64,000 nt of DNA from Fimicolochytrium jonesii. Lineage: Eukaryota. Each line of letters begins with the position of its first letter. Within the stretch, counting starts at the first letter, position 1. The position numbers and the translations under genes are program-made. Positions 38,037 to 51,159 of the stretch are shown here, piece after piece. The stretch covers positions 124,001-188,000 of the forward strand of contig NW_026515692.1 in assembly GCF_025526975.1 (NCBI RefSeq). Direction: 5' to 3'. Below the pieces are notes generated by a model. It saw only the letters and a program-made list of their open reading frames with translations, did not search any database and was not told the DNA's origin.

Positions 38037-38817
38037 ATGCCCTCCCACATCCACGCCGAAGCCGCGCACCACTCCGACCATGACGACGCCGGGGCGCCTC
38101 CACGTACGTCCCCTCCCCTCCCTCCCCCCCCCCCCCCCCCCTCCCCTCTCCCGCTCCCACTCGGCTTTCCTCATCTCCCCTCCCTTCCATCCCTCCCTGA
38201 CCTGACATGCTTTGATTTGATTGTTTAACGGCCCCGATTTGTGGTTTTCCCCCCTGCAGCGACGTACATAACGGCGCAGGAACTCTCCAAGACGCAAATC
38301 CCGCTCGCCTGGCGCGACTACTGCGCGCACCTGCTGCCGGCGCTGAACGAGTGTCGGAAGCGGGAGTACTACCTGCCGTGGAAATGCGAATTCGAGAGGG
38401 TCGCGTGGATGAAGTGTCAGTATGATGAGTACGTATCTGCTGCTGGGAGGGGAGGGGAGGGGGAGGGCAGGAAGCGAGGTGCAGGCTGGGTTGGGTGGCG
38501 ATGGGATGTTTGAGCTGGAGCGAGGACGGGCCGAAAAAAGTCTTTTTGGAGAGAAGCCAGCGCAGGCGGAAGGGCCACCCATGGAGCTGCAGCGAAGCCA
38601 CCGAATTTTGTCCCTCCACATCGAGGGTTGTTATATCATCGCGATGGGAGGGGAGTGCGTCATCGCAGTGTCGGGTCCGGAATGCTTAATTGATCATTTG
38701 TCTGGTGTTCCGCACAGTTATCAACGCCGCATGCGCAAACTCGCCAAACGCACCGCCAAGCAGGCCTCCGAGCGCGACGCCGCACGCGCCGCCGACGTCA
38801 AGGGCGAGTTGGAGTAG
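38037..38817 (+). CDS. NDUFB7: NADH:ubiquinone oxidoreductase subunit B18 (NDUFB7/NB8M), 3 exons
   Basis: IPLAWRDYCAHLLPALNECRKREYYLPWKCEFER..WMKCQYD then YQRRMRKL; twin CX9C pattern. Confidence 0.92.
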
Positions 38818-39598
38818 ATATCGACTGCGTTCCGTGGGGGAGGATCTCATGGCGCTCGTCGGGGGGCGGGATATCATTGATCATTGTGGGGATGTGGGGG
38901 ATGTGCGTGGGAGCGTAGAGCGGGATAGGCGATTTGGGTGGCCCGTGGGGAACGGGACGGCGAAGCTCGGGAGGGTATTGCTGGAGGATTTTTCGCGAAA
39001 CCGCGGGGGATAGAGGTGGCGGTCTGTGGGGGTCACCGTGCACCACACATCCTTCGCAACCCACAACGCTCATTGTCGCGGTCACTCTTCCACCCTCCCA
39101 CCCCAAATGAACCCTCAGCACGGTGTGGATTTTTTTTCTCTCGGATGTATCATAGAATCAGAAACGAGATAACGCAAATGCCCGAGGCCAGTGGGGTCGT
39201 GGTATCGGGAGAGAGGATTTTGCTTTCCCGTTGGCCGGCTGGTGCTTTCGGCCAATTCTCGAATTGAGGGACACCCACAGAATTCCCGACACAGTTTCAC
39301 CCCCACCTTCACCCCCAAGGAGACCGACACCATGCAGGTATACGCGGATGACACCCCTCCAACGGAACAGCGAGCTGGTTGGTTGGTATTATTATACCCC
39401 CACGCTCCATAAATACGTACTGTACATATGATGGTTTATCAAATGCCTGCCGTTCGTGCGCGACGGGGTAACGTTTCCATTGGGAAGATACGACGCTCGT
39501 TTCCACGCACAACACACCAAGTTTCAAACTCTCCTTCCCATATATATATAATCTATTCACCAATGAAGCCCGGGAACACTCCCCACGATGTTCGTCCA

Positions 39599-40751
39599 CT
39601 ACCGCCTCGTAGACATGACCCTCGCCCTGCGCTCCGCCTCGCGATCCCTGATCACCATCTCATCAATCTTGCCAAACGCCGTCGGGGCCAGCTGCGGGTT
39701 CTCCCGGATCTCAAAGAACGTATCCCCCTTCCTGCCCGCTTTCCCCTTCCCGTCACCCTCCTCAACCCTCTTCAGCACCTTGATCCGCCTGACATTCGGC
39801 GAGAAGATCGGAAACGTCATCTCGAACCCGGTCCCGAGGACGTAGTTGCGCACGACGATGTTGGAGAGCACGCCTTTGCGGCGGATGGCGATGAGCACGC
39901 CTGCGACGATTTGGGTGCGTGGGCGGGTGCGCGAGGTGACGTTTTCGATGAGGAGGATGGAGCCGGGGACGACTGCGTGTGGGCCGTTTGGGGTTAGGAA
40001 GAGGGCGGCGCGGTTGGGTGCTGCTGAAGTAGCAGAGGTGTTGGATGTTGATGTTTGAGGGGTGATAGCGGAGGGATCGGTGGAATCGAGCCGGGAGCGC
40101 AGGTCCACGTCGATGGAGCGGAGGAGGCGGGCGCCGTGTTTGTGGCCGCGTGGGTCATAAGGGATTTGGAGCGCGGAAGGTGAGAGGCCGGAGAGGTTTG
40201 GGAGGGGGCCGGTGGGTGGGCGGGGGTAGAAGGGCGGAAGGGGTCCGGCGGAGTCGTCGCCTGCTGGGGATGAGACGGTGAAGGGTTGGTTGGGGAGGTC
40301 TGGAAGCGAGATCTTTTTCCGTGCGGGCGGTATACGCATCATCCCAGGCGCCTTGCTCCAGACACCTTGCGGGCCTTCGTCTTTCTGTACACAGCTAGCT
40401 CGCCACCAACAACCCCCGCCGCAACACACAGATCCCTCGTTCAATCCCTCCTTTTTCCTCAAAGTCTCCCATCAAGCCTCCCCTCCCCCTCCCCCAAATC
40501 CCTCTCGTCCCCCTCCCCCATCTTCTCTCCACCCCTCCGCAACCACATCCTCGCAAACAGAAACACTTACCATCCCCCTTCGGCTCAGTCTTCACCGCGG
40601 TCTTCGCCGCCATCCCTCTCGCCCATCCTCGTGCCGGCCGTGGTGGTGACACATGCCGGCCGCCCGAGATCGAGATCGACACCCGCGGGGCGGCGGATGA
40701 CAGACAACTGCATGACCCTATGCGGGATGCGGTGAGTGTGATTGCTGACAT
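39599..40751 (-). CDS. MRPL19: Mitochondrial ribosomal protein bL19m (Img1/MRPL19)
   Basis: PGSILLIE..AGVLIAIRRKGVLSNIVVRNYVLGTGFEMTFPIFSPNVRRIKVL. Presequence-like first exon with a GTAAGT donor at about 40570. Confidence 0.88.
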
Positions 40752-40845
40752 TTGCTGTTGTTGTGATGGACGCCCTGGGAATTATTGCCCGAGTTCCATA
40801 CCTTGAAGGGATGTTGGGGAGAGCCGGTTGGAAGTCCATAAAACT

Positions 40846-40855
40846 GTCACGTGAC
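40846..40855. promoter_or_regulatory. Palindromic E-box GTCACGTGAC upstream of the bL19m gene
   Basis: Perfect 10-bp palindrome about 95 bp before the ATG. The same motif occurs at 44024 and, as 9 bp, at 74. Confidence 0.45.
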
Positions 40856-41529
40856 CCCCTCTTCGGCCCGACATCTGGCCTGACATCTCAACTATCTGAT
40901 CTATCGTACACACTTGCTTCACCCAGACCATGCACCTTCACCGCTGCCGATGGAAGGAGGACAAGGGGGGGATGCCCCCGGCAGTAAGTAGGTGCGATGC
41001 AGGGGAGCGTTTTACCTCGTTCGCATATATATATACCGCCGAGACTAGACAGGAAGGGGTTTTTGGAAAACACAACAAGATATGTATTTTAATATTTTAT
41101 GGGGGGGGGGGGGGGTCGTCGCCACCATACAGGGAGTGGTTGCGGATGGCATGCTCGATGCAGGGCGTCGGGAAGGGGTCTTGAACGGAAGAAAAAAGGG
41201 AGATCCTTTCGCTGGGAGCATCATATACATCCCGTCTCTCCCTTTCCGCATCGGCGATGAATGGTTTGAATTGTCCGTATGTATCGAGGCTATGGAGTTG
41301 GTGGTGGTGGGAGTGGTTCTGGGGTGATCTTGATGTTGATGTGATAGTCGGGTGATATTTCGAAATTTCGTAGTCCGGGGTTATGTCGAGCGGTAATGTT
41401 GCTAGTCTCCACTCCATACACCACCGTTCCTCACTCCGCATCCCATCCCAACTCTCCATCTCGTTTCTTCATACATCTCCTTACGCACATCCCACTCGCA
41501 CCCTCCGCCTTCGGACGATATCCACATGT

Positions 41530-42093
41530 CTAAGCCTTCCCCGCCCCTGCTGCGGCAGCCGCCTTCTGCTGCTCCTCGCTCTGCCGGGTCTTGATGTACT
41601 CTTCTTGGACGAGGGTCATTCGTAGAAGCTGAATGGAATGAGGAAAGGATTTAATGATGTGGGAGTGGAAAGTGCTAGGCATGTGAAAAATGGGGTCGGT
41701 TGTCATCGTGGGAACGTGCAATGGACCAGGCAAGTGAGGCACCCATCTGAGCGCCGTTTCCCTGCCGCTTCCAAACTGAATCCAAGAAAGCAAGGGGAGT
41801 ATCGCTGCCGAACCTTCATCCCGCCCACTGTCCCAAATGTGCCTTCATTCATTCAAGTGAATCCGCCCCTCTGCTCATCCACCCCGTCCCCCAGACTTTC
41901 CACATCCCGTCCGCCTCCTGAATTTTGCAAGACGCACCTCCTTCCGATGGTACAAACACTCCTGGTAGTCCTCAAACCCCTTCCTGCACTCGGTCTTGGG
42001 GTCGGTGTCGGCCTGCACGTAGCAGCGCGCGAACTCTTGCCAGAAGGGGAAGCAGCGGCCGCGCCCGCCTGAGGTGCCGAAGCCTGATGACAT
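41530..42093 (-). CDS. NDUFS5: NADH:ubiquinone oxidoreductase subunit NDUFS5 (NIPM), 2 exons
   Basis: [25 protein letters not shown]...[18 protein letters not shown]; twin CX9C pattern. Confidence 0.92.
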
Positions 42094-42832
42094 TTGTGAA
42101 TGAGTGGGGGGGGCGAGAGGGAGGGCAGCGGGGTGGTGAGGTGGGGGGGGCGAGGTGTGGGTAGGGGAGGGGGAGGGGGTCCCTTTGTTGGAGGTTGTGT
42201 GCAGTGTGCTGTCTGGCAGGATGCAGGGAGTGTGGATTTGAAGCGCTTCGTCGAAGTCTTTCTGCTGAGCGCGTTCCTTTGCAACTTCGCACAATCCCCC
42301 CTCCATAGCGGAACAGTGCGACGGCCCATACGCAACCATGCCTCAACCCTCACACATACAAAGACGGAGAAGGAGCAGAGAGGGACCTGTGGGCGGGCAC
42401 ATGCATCCCTCTTCGACCTCATCGAAAACACCATCATACAAATCTACGCATGTGCGCATATGAATGAGCGAGGGGTCGCCGCAAGAAATCAATGAGATGC
42501 GCACGCATTTATGACATTTACACATACAAAAGGGGACTAATATATACACATGGGATCGGGATACACGGTGCGAGATGACCGATGAGTTGGTACTAGGAGT
42601 GAGAGGGGATATTATACGCCGATTCAAAGTTCGGGGTTCGTTTTGTCGAGATCGCAAACATCTATCATCAACGTGGTGCGGATGTGCCGGTCTTCGCCGA
42701 CTTCAGATGTGTGTTGACCGGCGATGCGACGGCAGTGTCGTGTCGCTAAGGAGGGGTGATGTCACGCCTCGAGTCCAGCACCGTTAATCTCTTCCGTCCG
42801 CTAATTCCCTATCCCAGGATTTCACCACCTCT

Positions 42833-43767
42833 TCAACCCCTCCCAACCCTCTTCCCCGCTCCAGCAGCAGCCTCCAAATCCTCCGCCGCCGTCCCTTCAC
42901 TCCCACTCCCACTGCCACTTTCCTCCTCCACCACCTCCCCACCCCCAACATCCCCCGCAACAGCCACATACCCATCCACTCCATGATACTCCAGTGGGTT
43001 ACTCCTCAAATCGACATAGTAACTCCACACACAAACCGCAAAATACACACTCCACGCCGTCGAAATCAATAAACCGGTCGACATGGCCCAGATCAACGTC
43101 GCGCAGCTGACGCGGGCTGTCGGTGTATCACCCTTCCCATCATCTCCCACATCCACATCATACCCCGCCGTCATATCACGATCAACACACTCTCGGGACG
43201 CGACAACCAGCGCGTACACAGCAAGCACCGCCGTATAGCCCACCTTCACTGCCGTATACCACGCATACACCTTGACTCTCCTCACGTTGTTTGTGAGTGC
43301 GGCGTGGAGGCCGAGGGCGGACATGGCGAGGGTGGTGAGGGTTAGGGTGAGGTCTTGGGCGGTGAGGACGGGGAGGGGAATGGGAAGGCCTGGTGGGGGG
43401 GTGGGCGAGGGTGGGTTGGTGGGAGAGGAGGGTGGTGGTGTGAAGGTGGGGGGGAGGCGGAGGATGTTGGAGAGGTAGAGGAGGGAGATGATTGAAAAGA
43501 GCTGTGTGGGGGTTGTCGAAGAACTGTATTAGTCCTTGTTTCCCCCGGTCGAACGATACGAGATACATCGGTCCCCGTTTCGCCGGTTCATATACAGCAT
43601 AGAGAAAGGTTGATGTTTCCCTGTACAGCGCTCGTACATACCAAAGAAGACGCCGCAATCAGAACAGTCCCCATCCTCAACGAAAACACACCGCAGCAGC
43701 AGGTGCGGAGGAGGGGTGGTGAAGAAGGGCGGCCGGGCCGGACGAGAGGCGTTGTGATAGATGGCAT
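42833..43767 (-). CDS. Four-transmembrane protein, LAPTM/Kei1-like architecture
   Basis: Exon 1 RTCCCGVFSLRMGTVLIA. Exon 2 has three further helices and ends VYFAVCVWSYYVDL. Confidence 0.6.
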
Positions 43768-44023
43768 ATTAGGCGTTTTGTTCCCGACTTGCGTTCCTTG
43801 GTGTGAGTGAGTGAGTTGGTGGGGGTTTGTGTGGTGTTAGGTATATCTGTAGAGGGTGAAGTTAGAGGGTGGCAGGTGGGTGGACAAGGACGGGACGGGA
43901 GCGCTGTGTTTTTGTAAGAAAACGAAAGAGGGAAAACGAAAGAGGGAAGCGACACTGACAGTACTGCATTTCAGCCCGATGCCTCTGATGTCATCCATCC
44001 TGTCAGCAGGCCGCTCACATGCT

Positions 44024-44033
44024 GTCACGTGAC
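44024..44033. promoter_or_regulatory. Palindromic E-box GTCACGTGAC upstream of the 4-TM gene
   Basis: Perfect palindrome about 255 bp upstream of the ATG at 43767. Confidence 0.4.
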
Positions 44034-44102
44034 GTCTCTCATCGCTTTGACCGAGACGTGCCCTATACATAGCCGCCTTTGATACGACTATTGGCAGCAT
44101 GC

Positions 44103-46400
44103 TCACCTTGAGGGACTAGCATTGGAGTGACGAGGATATTGAATTTGACGAGATGGGAATGTTGCTTTCGCGGCCACCGTCAGAGTGCAGGACTGGAACC
44201 ACCAACAGCGGGCGTAGTGCTTCATGTGCATTCCATGGTTTCGGACAGCAGCGGGGGGAGCATTCGCCGATTTCCAAGAGGTCCTCGGAGACAGGTGCTC
44301 AGCCCTACTAGTTGAACTTTCGCGCGTGGCCCAGGAAGGCCAGATGCCGCCAAAAGTTATACAGTGTCGACTTCCCAGGCCAGCACGGAAGAGTCCCGCA
44401 AGGACGAGTGCTGCCGCCGTCGCGATTCCCAACGACGGACAGCTCAGCGGCGATCACAATCTTGGTTGATCATAACTAGATTCCGTGTAGTCTTGAAGAA
44501 GCACGCCACAAAGGCCGGGAGGCGGCATGAGAGGGCCGGAACGCTTGCGCTACCAGCAACATATACGATCTTGACCTTATCTCCGTCGTATATGTCCAAT
44601 GTTTACACTTCAATGATACAACTTGTCCTTCCGAAGTATGAAATTCTAGGCCAAACGGTGACCATTCCGGAACAATCAAAATCAGCTTTTCATCTTGGTT
44701 CCTCAATCTGGAAACCTCGTTCAGACACGGTCAACGATGCGGTCCAGATTGTCGACGAATTTACCTAAAGACCGTGGCATGGTGAGTGAATGAAGGAGAA
44801 AAGAACCTCCCTTCCACACCCAACCCGCTGCCGCCCATGGCGCCACCCAATCCAATGCGACCTTTTGCGGAAGGTCCTGTCGGCGCCATCGACATGGGGT
44901 GCCTGCTGTAAGCGGTTGAACGTCCGTTCATAACAACGGTTCGGCCTTGACGTAACACCGTTTATGAATTGGCAATGACGTTGAAGTGGTCGTTTGCCAG
45001 TCTTCGTCCGCGTCGTTGTATTCGTTGCCGGAGCTTGACCTTTGCCCCTCCCCAGGAGCGAGGTGCAGTCTATTCATTCGTAAACGTTTGTGCTGGACTG
45101 GCGGTCAAGCAATGCCATTGCGATCGAGTCGCACATCAAAGAGGCTATAAATCTTCCCTCCGAGCTGCCGCCACAAGTGGTCCAGCACGCCTGACCCAAT
45201 TTGTCGCGGAGCGAGGCTTGGGCGCCTTTTACGGGAACCCAGGCGCGGCTGTCTTCTAATGATAGCTCTGTATCGATGAAGTGTCGGAGCTGGGCAAGGA
45301 CCGTATGTGCAAACTCATTCCCGAAACGATCCATCTCATGCCATTGCCTCAATGTAAGAAGGCCCTGTCCCACGTCATCTGGCCGCACAGGCCATCTGCT
45401 GCACAGTGCTGTTACGGGATCGCCCGTCACACAAAGCGCCGCACATGAACGCCGTCAGACTCGACGCGATGACCAGGTCGTCTAGGAGCACCCCATTGAA
45501 TCCGGAACTGCCAGAAATGGCCAGCGAGGACAATAGCGCCGTGATCCCCTTTAGCCGGTCGTGGTCTGACCAATCTAGCAGCCGGTTCCCGTTGCTGCTA
45601 ATCTCGTCCAGCACTCGGCTAAGTGACTCGAGAGTGTGTCGACGCCCATCCTGGGCGAGCCACGGATATGGGTCATCGGATCTATACCATCCCAGCCGGT
45701 CGAAGTCCGACAGGCCGGCTATATACCATATCTGGTCGAGCTGTGCATCCCCCATATATTGACACTGTGCCAGCACGGTCGAGCATGCTCGCAGCGTCGA
45801 AACTTCTGCCTCCGCCAAGTAAACATCTTCAGTGTGCCGATCGCATTTGCATCGCTCGAACCGCTCGCACAGCAGTCTCAGCTTCATGGCCAAAACAAGC
45901 TGGTGTGCCATGTCACCGCGCAAATGTATGGATGACTGTGGAGTCCGCGTACTTATCGCCAACTGTACATGTACAGTACACACGTTGTAACGCGATAGGC
46001 GGAAGCACTCCGAATATGTTCTCTCCCCTTGTCTTTATCTCGTGTTTCGGGGGCGAGAGTCCGAGGATAGCTATATTTATGCGATGGGGAAGAGCAAACA
46101 TCGGCCAAGTCCAATGAGCGAGTCCAACTCCGACAGTGACGCGCGACGCGACTTAACAGTCGACCGCAAGCTCGGACTGTCAAATTGGGATGCGTTTGTG
46201 GCCTACGATTTGCACAAAGAGGTTGTGGTGTGGGTCCATGTGTAGCGGGGAGCCGGTGCCGGGAGTCTGAGCCAGACATTGTTATCACTTCGGTGTCCGT
46301 GACAAAGGAACGCCATGTTCGTAAATCCAAATAGATATCACATTTCATCCGCAACCGTACCTTCGTCATGAAGAAACAGCCCGATATAGTACGATTCGCG
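44103..46400 (-). pseudogene. Fragmented hypothetical gene, no family recognised
   Basis: Chain of protein-like minus-strand ORFs (45375-45983, 45074-45430, 44476-44706) separated by frame changes and stops. Confidence 0.3.
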
Positions 46401-48508
46401 TGCTCAGAAGTCGGGGTATGTCAAGGCGGCAGCACCGTCGGCTCAGAGACGGACAGGATTAGAGGATCATGTCTCCGCTCTTCTTCGACGAAAAGGCCGA
46501 GCTAAAAACCGACATCAGGGTCCACATGGGGAAGTATGTTGCGGGCGCAACATGAACCCAAGAAGACTCACCTTGAGAGAGAAACCAGCGGGACTTCCGT
46601 CCATGCCATTTATGTGAAGTAATAAAGCTCAAAGTTAACAGGCTGAACCCCTACTGTAATGTAGGGAGAGATATCTTACAGTATCTAAGATGCATCGCTG
46701 TGGACGAGAGAAAAAAAGTTGGCGTTTTTGGGAGCGCAGTCTCATTTTATCTTTTGGACGATCAGTCGAAGATTGTCCATTGGCCCCTGGCAATCTGTTC
46801 TCGGGCTGAGGCTGAGGGTGGTTTCAGCATTGAGTATCGGAGATGGAGCGACGACGATAAATAATGAACCAACTTGCATATCCGCCCCCGGCCCTCATTT
46901 TGCAATTCTGTGACGGAGCTGACATTAGGGATAGTACTGTGTCGATATCGATGTGAGAAATTAAGCGAGGCTTTCTGGAGGTTTGGACCGCCCTAGCCTT
47001 GGACCGCCCCCGATCCAGAATCCCTAGGGCCGCGGACTGCGAGTCTGCGACAGCGGTGCGCTGCAGTGATTTCGCATCTGCATGCACGGAGGTGACGGGC
47101 GGAGTTTGATTCGCAATCTGTGTTTCTGTGGCCAACGTCCACGCGCAGCACAGATAGCCATCACCTCCGTACAACACCACTACTCCGTTTTCCTTCCTTT
47201 TTTTACTTGCTCGCAGTATTCCAGATTCCAGCCTGAAGTTTGAACCGGGAAATGCCAGCAATGGGTCGGGAGGACAAATGGCCCTCACCCGCCCCTGCAC
47301 ACAGGCCTCGTCCCAACTCCTCGCACGGAGTCTCACCCCACGCCACCCTCCGAAAACACATCACAAATCAACGAAGATCAGCACAAAGCTTGTCAAACCG
47401 TTTTCGGCAGCATATGAGACTATCTATCCATCGATACATTTTTCTTGCTCCTCGGACCGCTTCTTCCATGATAGCCTGAAGATAGATATAGTGACCGTGG
47501 GGCGTTGCTGAGTCCAGGTTTTCTGTACTTTCCGCTTCGCGAGAACGGTCAAACCGTCCATCCCTAGGGTGTTGAACACCAGCACACATATCTACAGCGC
47601 ATGGAAGCCTCGACACTCCTTCGCACAATCGATCTACACCAGATTGACGCTCCCAGGGTCCATTCTACAGCTCTCTGGCCTGCTACTTAAGCGTTGCACC
47701 TAATTCCCCCGCCGCTCTCGATACGGACAATTGACGCTTTACATTCTAGAAGGCCGTCTGAGGTAAAGACCTGTCGTCAACTCTAGCGACGGGTTTCGGG
47801 AGTGGGTGACAGTAGATCATCCAAGGTAAGCCACGTTACTCCGCCTCGAGTTAGAGTTAGAGTTGAGTGTATGTGGAACACAGTAAGGGCAGCTGGCCTC
47901 GCTTCATCTCGCGTTGATGCCTTTGTTTACGCCCTGTCTCGGCACTATGCCCGTTATGCGCTGGCGGTATTCCCGCATTGTTTACGCTGGTGTGCGCGTG
48001 GCCTGCTCCTCGTACCCCTCGATTCTCTCCCCCTTATGCATTTCCCCGTCTTTACGGACCCTCCGATCCGATGACCCCTTTCTCCCACCCCAGCCATTAA
48101 CTGAGCCATTCCTCCCGCGTCTCTCTCTTCCCCAATCGTAGGTTGTTCTGCAGACATCTTGAGACTCGACGCAGACACAAGGAGCCCATAGGCATCACCT
48201 GCTTTGAATACGCTTATTCCGTGCAAGCTGCAAGGTGTCATCTGCCCTACGATTGGAACAATCATCGCGTCATTCACTACTTTGTGAAGTGTTTACGGCT
48301 CGACGGCCGCCGCATCGCATAGCGCATACCCAGCCTTCTCGCCAAACAAGCATAAATACCCCCTAGCCGCTCATCCTCCTCGGACGTGGACCTCTGAACC
48401 ATCGTCCGGACACACACACCCACCTATTGCACATCATCTTCGCCAACCATACCGCCCTGTGTGTGAAGCAAAAGGACGATATCCCATCACCAGAACCGCA
48501 CCAGCACA

Positions 48509-49750
48509 ATGGAGCTGCCACCTTCACCAATTCCGATCCGCCATCCGCTCGGAGCTGCAGCCTCGCAAGAGCTCCAAGGACCAGCCGTCATCGCCCCTGC
48601 AAAAGTAGACAAGACGCTAGCCCTACGCTCCTGCCTGCGATCGCGGATCCCCGCCCCACGATCGGCCAAGAAGAAACTCCGGTTTAGTCAAACTCTTGAA
48701 TCGGGATGCCGGTTCGTGCGCGGCTGTCTAGTGACGGCAATTCCCCAAGCCGCAACATATACGATTAGAGACACTGGGGATCTGACCTGGCCGACCGCCG
48801 GCGCCGCGCTGCGTGCTTTGCAGACTTGGCGAATCGAGGAGTCAACCCTCCCCGCCAATCTTCGCTTTGAAAATCGGGCTGTGGCGGTTGACCGGGTGTG
48901 GGTAGAGAGAGATGAGGACTCTACCCTCTCGGGAGAAGTCCTGGTGAGGAACTACGCGTTCCAGAAATGCGTCACGATTCACTACAGTATCGATAACTGG
49001 CGGACATCAGCCGACGTCGACGCGACGTTCGCGACGGCAGTATCGTTCAGCACTCCCGGGTTCGTCGGCGTCGACCGCTTCCGTTTCATGCTCGACTTGG
49101 GCAGGGAGTTTGGTCCCAAGACCCTAGACGCGACCGTGGCGTTCGCGGTGCGGTATGAAGTCGCGGGATCAACCGAGTGGGACAATAACTACGGGCGGAA
49201 TTATACCATCAAGCTTCGAAGGGGTCCAGAAGTAGGCCTTTGCTCATCGCCAGTGCCGTCGCCGGTGCCGTCGCCTCCGCTTTCCAGAAAGGTGATGCCT
49301 CCGGCTGCGCAACCGAGGCCATTCGACTGGGTGGACCAGGCCGTCCCGCCGGTGACGCTGAAACGGGGCGCCGTGGAATCATCTCAGACGCCGAGGCTGG
49401 GGTTCACCGCCTTTCGGAGCTTGTCGTCGGACCCGATCCTGGCGCCGGCTTCCGAACAGGAGCGGCCCCCGAAAGTTCTTCTGCCCCTCTATACCCCCGT
49501 TATCGAATCCTGGGCGGACGACTGGGACGAGTGGCTAGGCCAACCAGGACTGTGCCCTTCTCGGGCCACAGAATTACCACCCGCACCATCGGCCATCACC
49601 ACTACCATTGCTGCGCCTTCATCCTCATGGACACCCGCCGCAAGCGCATTCACCTTCGGCGCCTTCGTTGAAATACCCACCACCAGCGCCATCTCAGGCG
49701 CGGGGTTTGCGTTTGGCCTGTCATCATTGGGCATTCGCAATGAGTTCTGA
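48509..49750 (+). CDS. Protein phosphatase 1 glycogen-targeting subunit (CBM21 domain; Gac1/Pig-like)
   Basis: KKKLRF (RVxF-type PP1 docking), GEVLVRNYAFQKCVTIHYSIDNW, FAVRYEVAGSTEWDNNYGRNY. Confidence 0.9.
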   Translation: MELPPSPIPIRHPLGAAASQELQGPAVIAPAKVDKTLALRSCLRSRIPAPRSAKKKLRFSQTLESGCRFVRGCLVTAIPQAATYTIRDTGDLTWPTAGAALRALQTWRIEESTLPANLRFENRAVAVDRVWVERDEDSTLSGEVLVRNYAFQKCVTIHYSIDNWRTSADVDATFATAVSFSTPGFVGVDRFRFMLDLGREFGPKTLDATVAFAVRYEVAGSTEWDNNYGRNYTIKLRRGPEVGLCSSPVPSPVPSPPLSRKVMPPAAQPRPFDWVDQAVPPVTLKRGAVESSQTPRLGFTAFRSLSSDPILAPASEQERPPKVLLPLYTPVIESWADDWDEWLGQPGLCPSRATELPPAPSAITTTIAAPSSSWTPAASAFTFGAFVEIPTTSAISGAGFAFGLSSLGIRNEF

Positions 49751-50535
49751 TCGTTCGTTTTGCTTCTTGCTTGCGTCTGGTGATCATATCATTTCTTCGT
49801 TCTGCTTCTTGTTTGCGTCGTCTTCTTATTTTTTTATTTTTTTGGAACTTGGAATATACCGTGCGGTCTTTGGCCTCCTTTTCATATTACCATGATGCAT
49901 TTTGTGCTTCTTCTGTGCTTTATTCGTTTTGATCTTGGGGGTAGTGTGAGCGGTCGCGAGGCTAGTATGAACAGAGTGGGGCAAGTTTCCTGCCAGAAAG
50001 CCGCATTTCACACAAGTGTAGTCGTGGAGGAGGAATGGGTTCTTCAAACCATCCCTATCCACCCTCCCGCTAAACTACATCCCAGCGTCCCCCCGTAAAA
50101 GCACAAGCTACACCACTCAGTCCGTCAGGCGCAAGCATGTATGGTCAGACAATGTTTTATTCCCACCGCAAACCGCTAACGAGTGCCATTGAATATATAC
50201 ACATTCCCGCGAGTTCGTGCCCGAGCCCGGTCAGGTATCCACTCAGATCCGCTTTGAACTGCCTCTAGTTATATTTTTCTGTCGAAATGCTCCTCCCGCG
50301 GGAGGGCAGCACTTGAGCGCCGCGGGCATGGATGGGACGGCCTACAGCGCCAGATCCAATACAGGAATGCTTGGCGAAAAGAAACCCGTGTGTGCGTTTC
50401 GGGTGCTATGTCGTGTATCAAACCAATCCCCGCCTTCATCGTGCAGTAAATCCCTGAGTAAATCCCGATCTTGACATACACGCAGCGTATACAGTACATG
50501 TAGCAGCAGGAGTCCAAAAGTGTGTCCCGAACCGC

Positions 50536-50793
50536 TTAAACGCCCATGATCCTCTCCGCAATGGTCCTCCGCTCGCGTATCCGCATCCCGATACTCTGCG
50601 CCCCATCACCCGTCTCTGGTCCAGAGTGATGCATTCGTGTCAAGGGTGTGTCATTCGAGCCGGGAGTGGTTGTGGTTGTGCCGTGATTGTTATGAGAGGT
50701 GGTGCTTTTCGGGGCCGATTCCGCGAGATGAGCCTTGAGCGCGGTTACGTCGGCGTGGGTGAGGGGGACGATGGTGGGTGTGCGGGTGAGCAT
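50536..50793 (-). CDS. CDC26: Probable anaphase-promoting complex subunit Cdc26/Hcn1
   Basis: 85-aa ORF starting MLTRTPTIVPLTHADV (compare MLRRxPTxIxLxxxDI) and ending ERIMGV. Confidence 0.65.
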   Translation of the reverse strand: MLTRTPTIVPLTHADVTALKAHLAESAPKSTTSHNNHGTTTTTPGSNDTPLTRMHHSGPETGDGAQSIGMRIRERRTIAERIMGV

Positions 50794-51159
50794 TGTTGCT
50801 TGGGGTGGTTGGTAAGATGGCTGTAGGATGGTTGGGATGGACAGAATTTGGGTCGGGGATGAGGAACGTAGAGACCGACGTGACAAAACTAAGGAGACGA
50901 AACGGGACAGACCGGACACATGTGGTAGCCTTTCGAGGGCTTTCACCCGCCAATGTTATTTTATACACAGACATAATACATGTGGAGGGGGATTCGGAGA
51001 AGAAGAAAGCAGAAAAGCATACTCGTACGCCGCATAGATTGCCATATCCGTCCCCAAAACGACTAACATTCATCCAAAAAAATGGCCGTCTATCATTGTA
51101 CTGTACATGGGTAGCTGGGAGGGAGAGAGAGGGGGCAAGAGGGGAAGAGAAGGCCGTGA

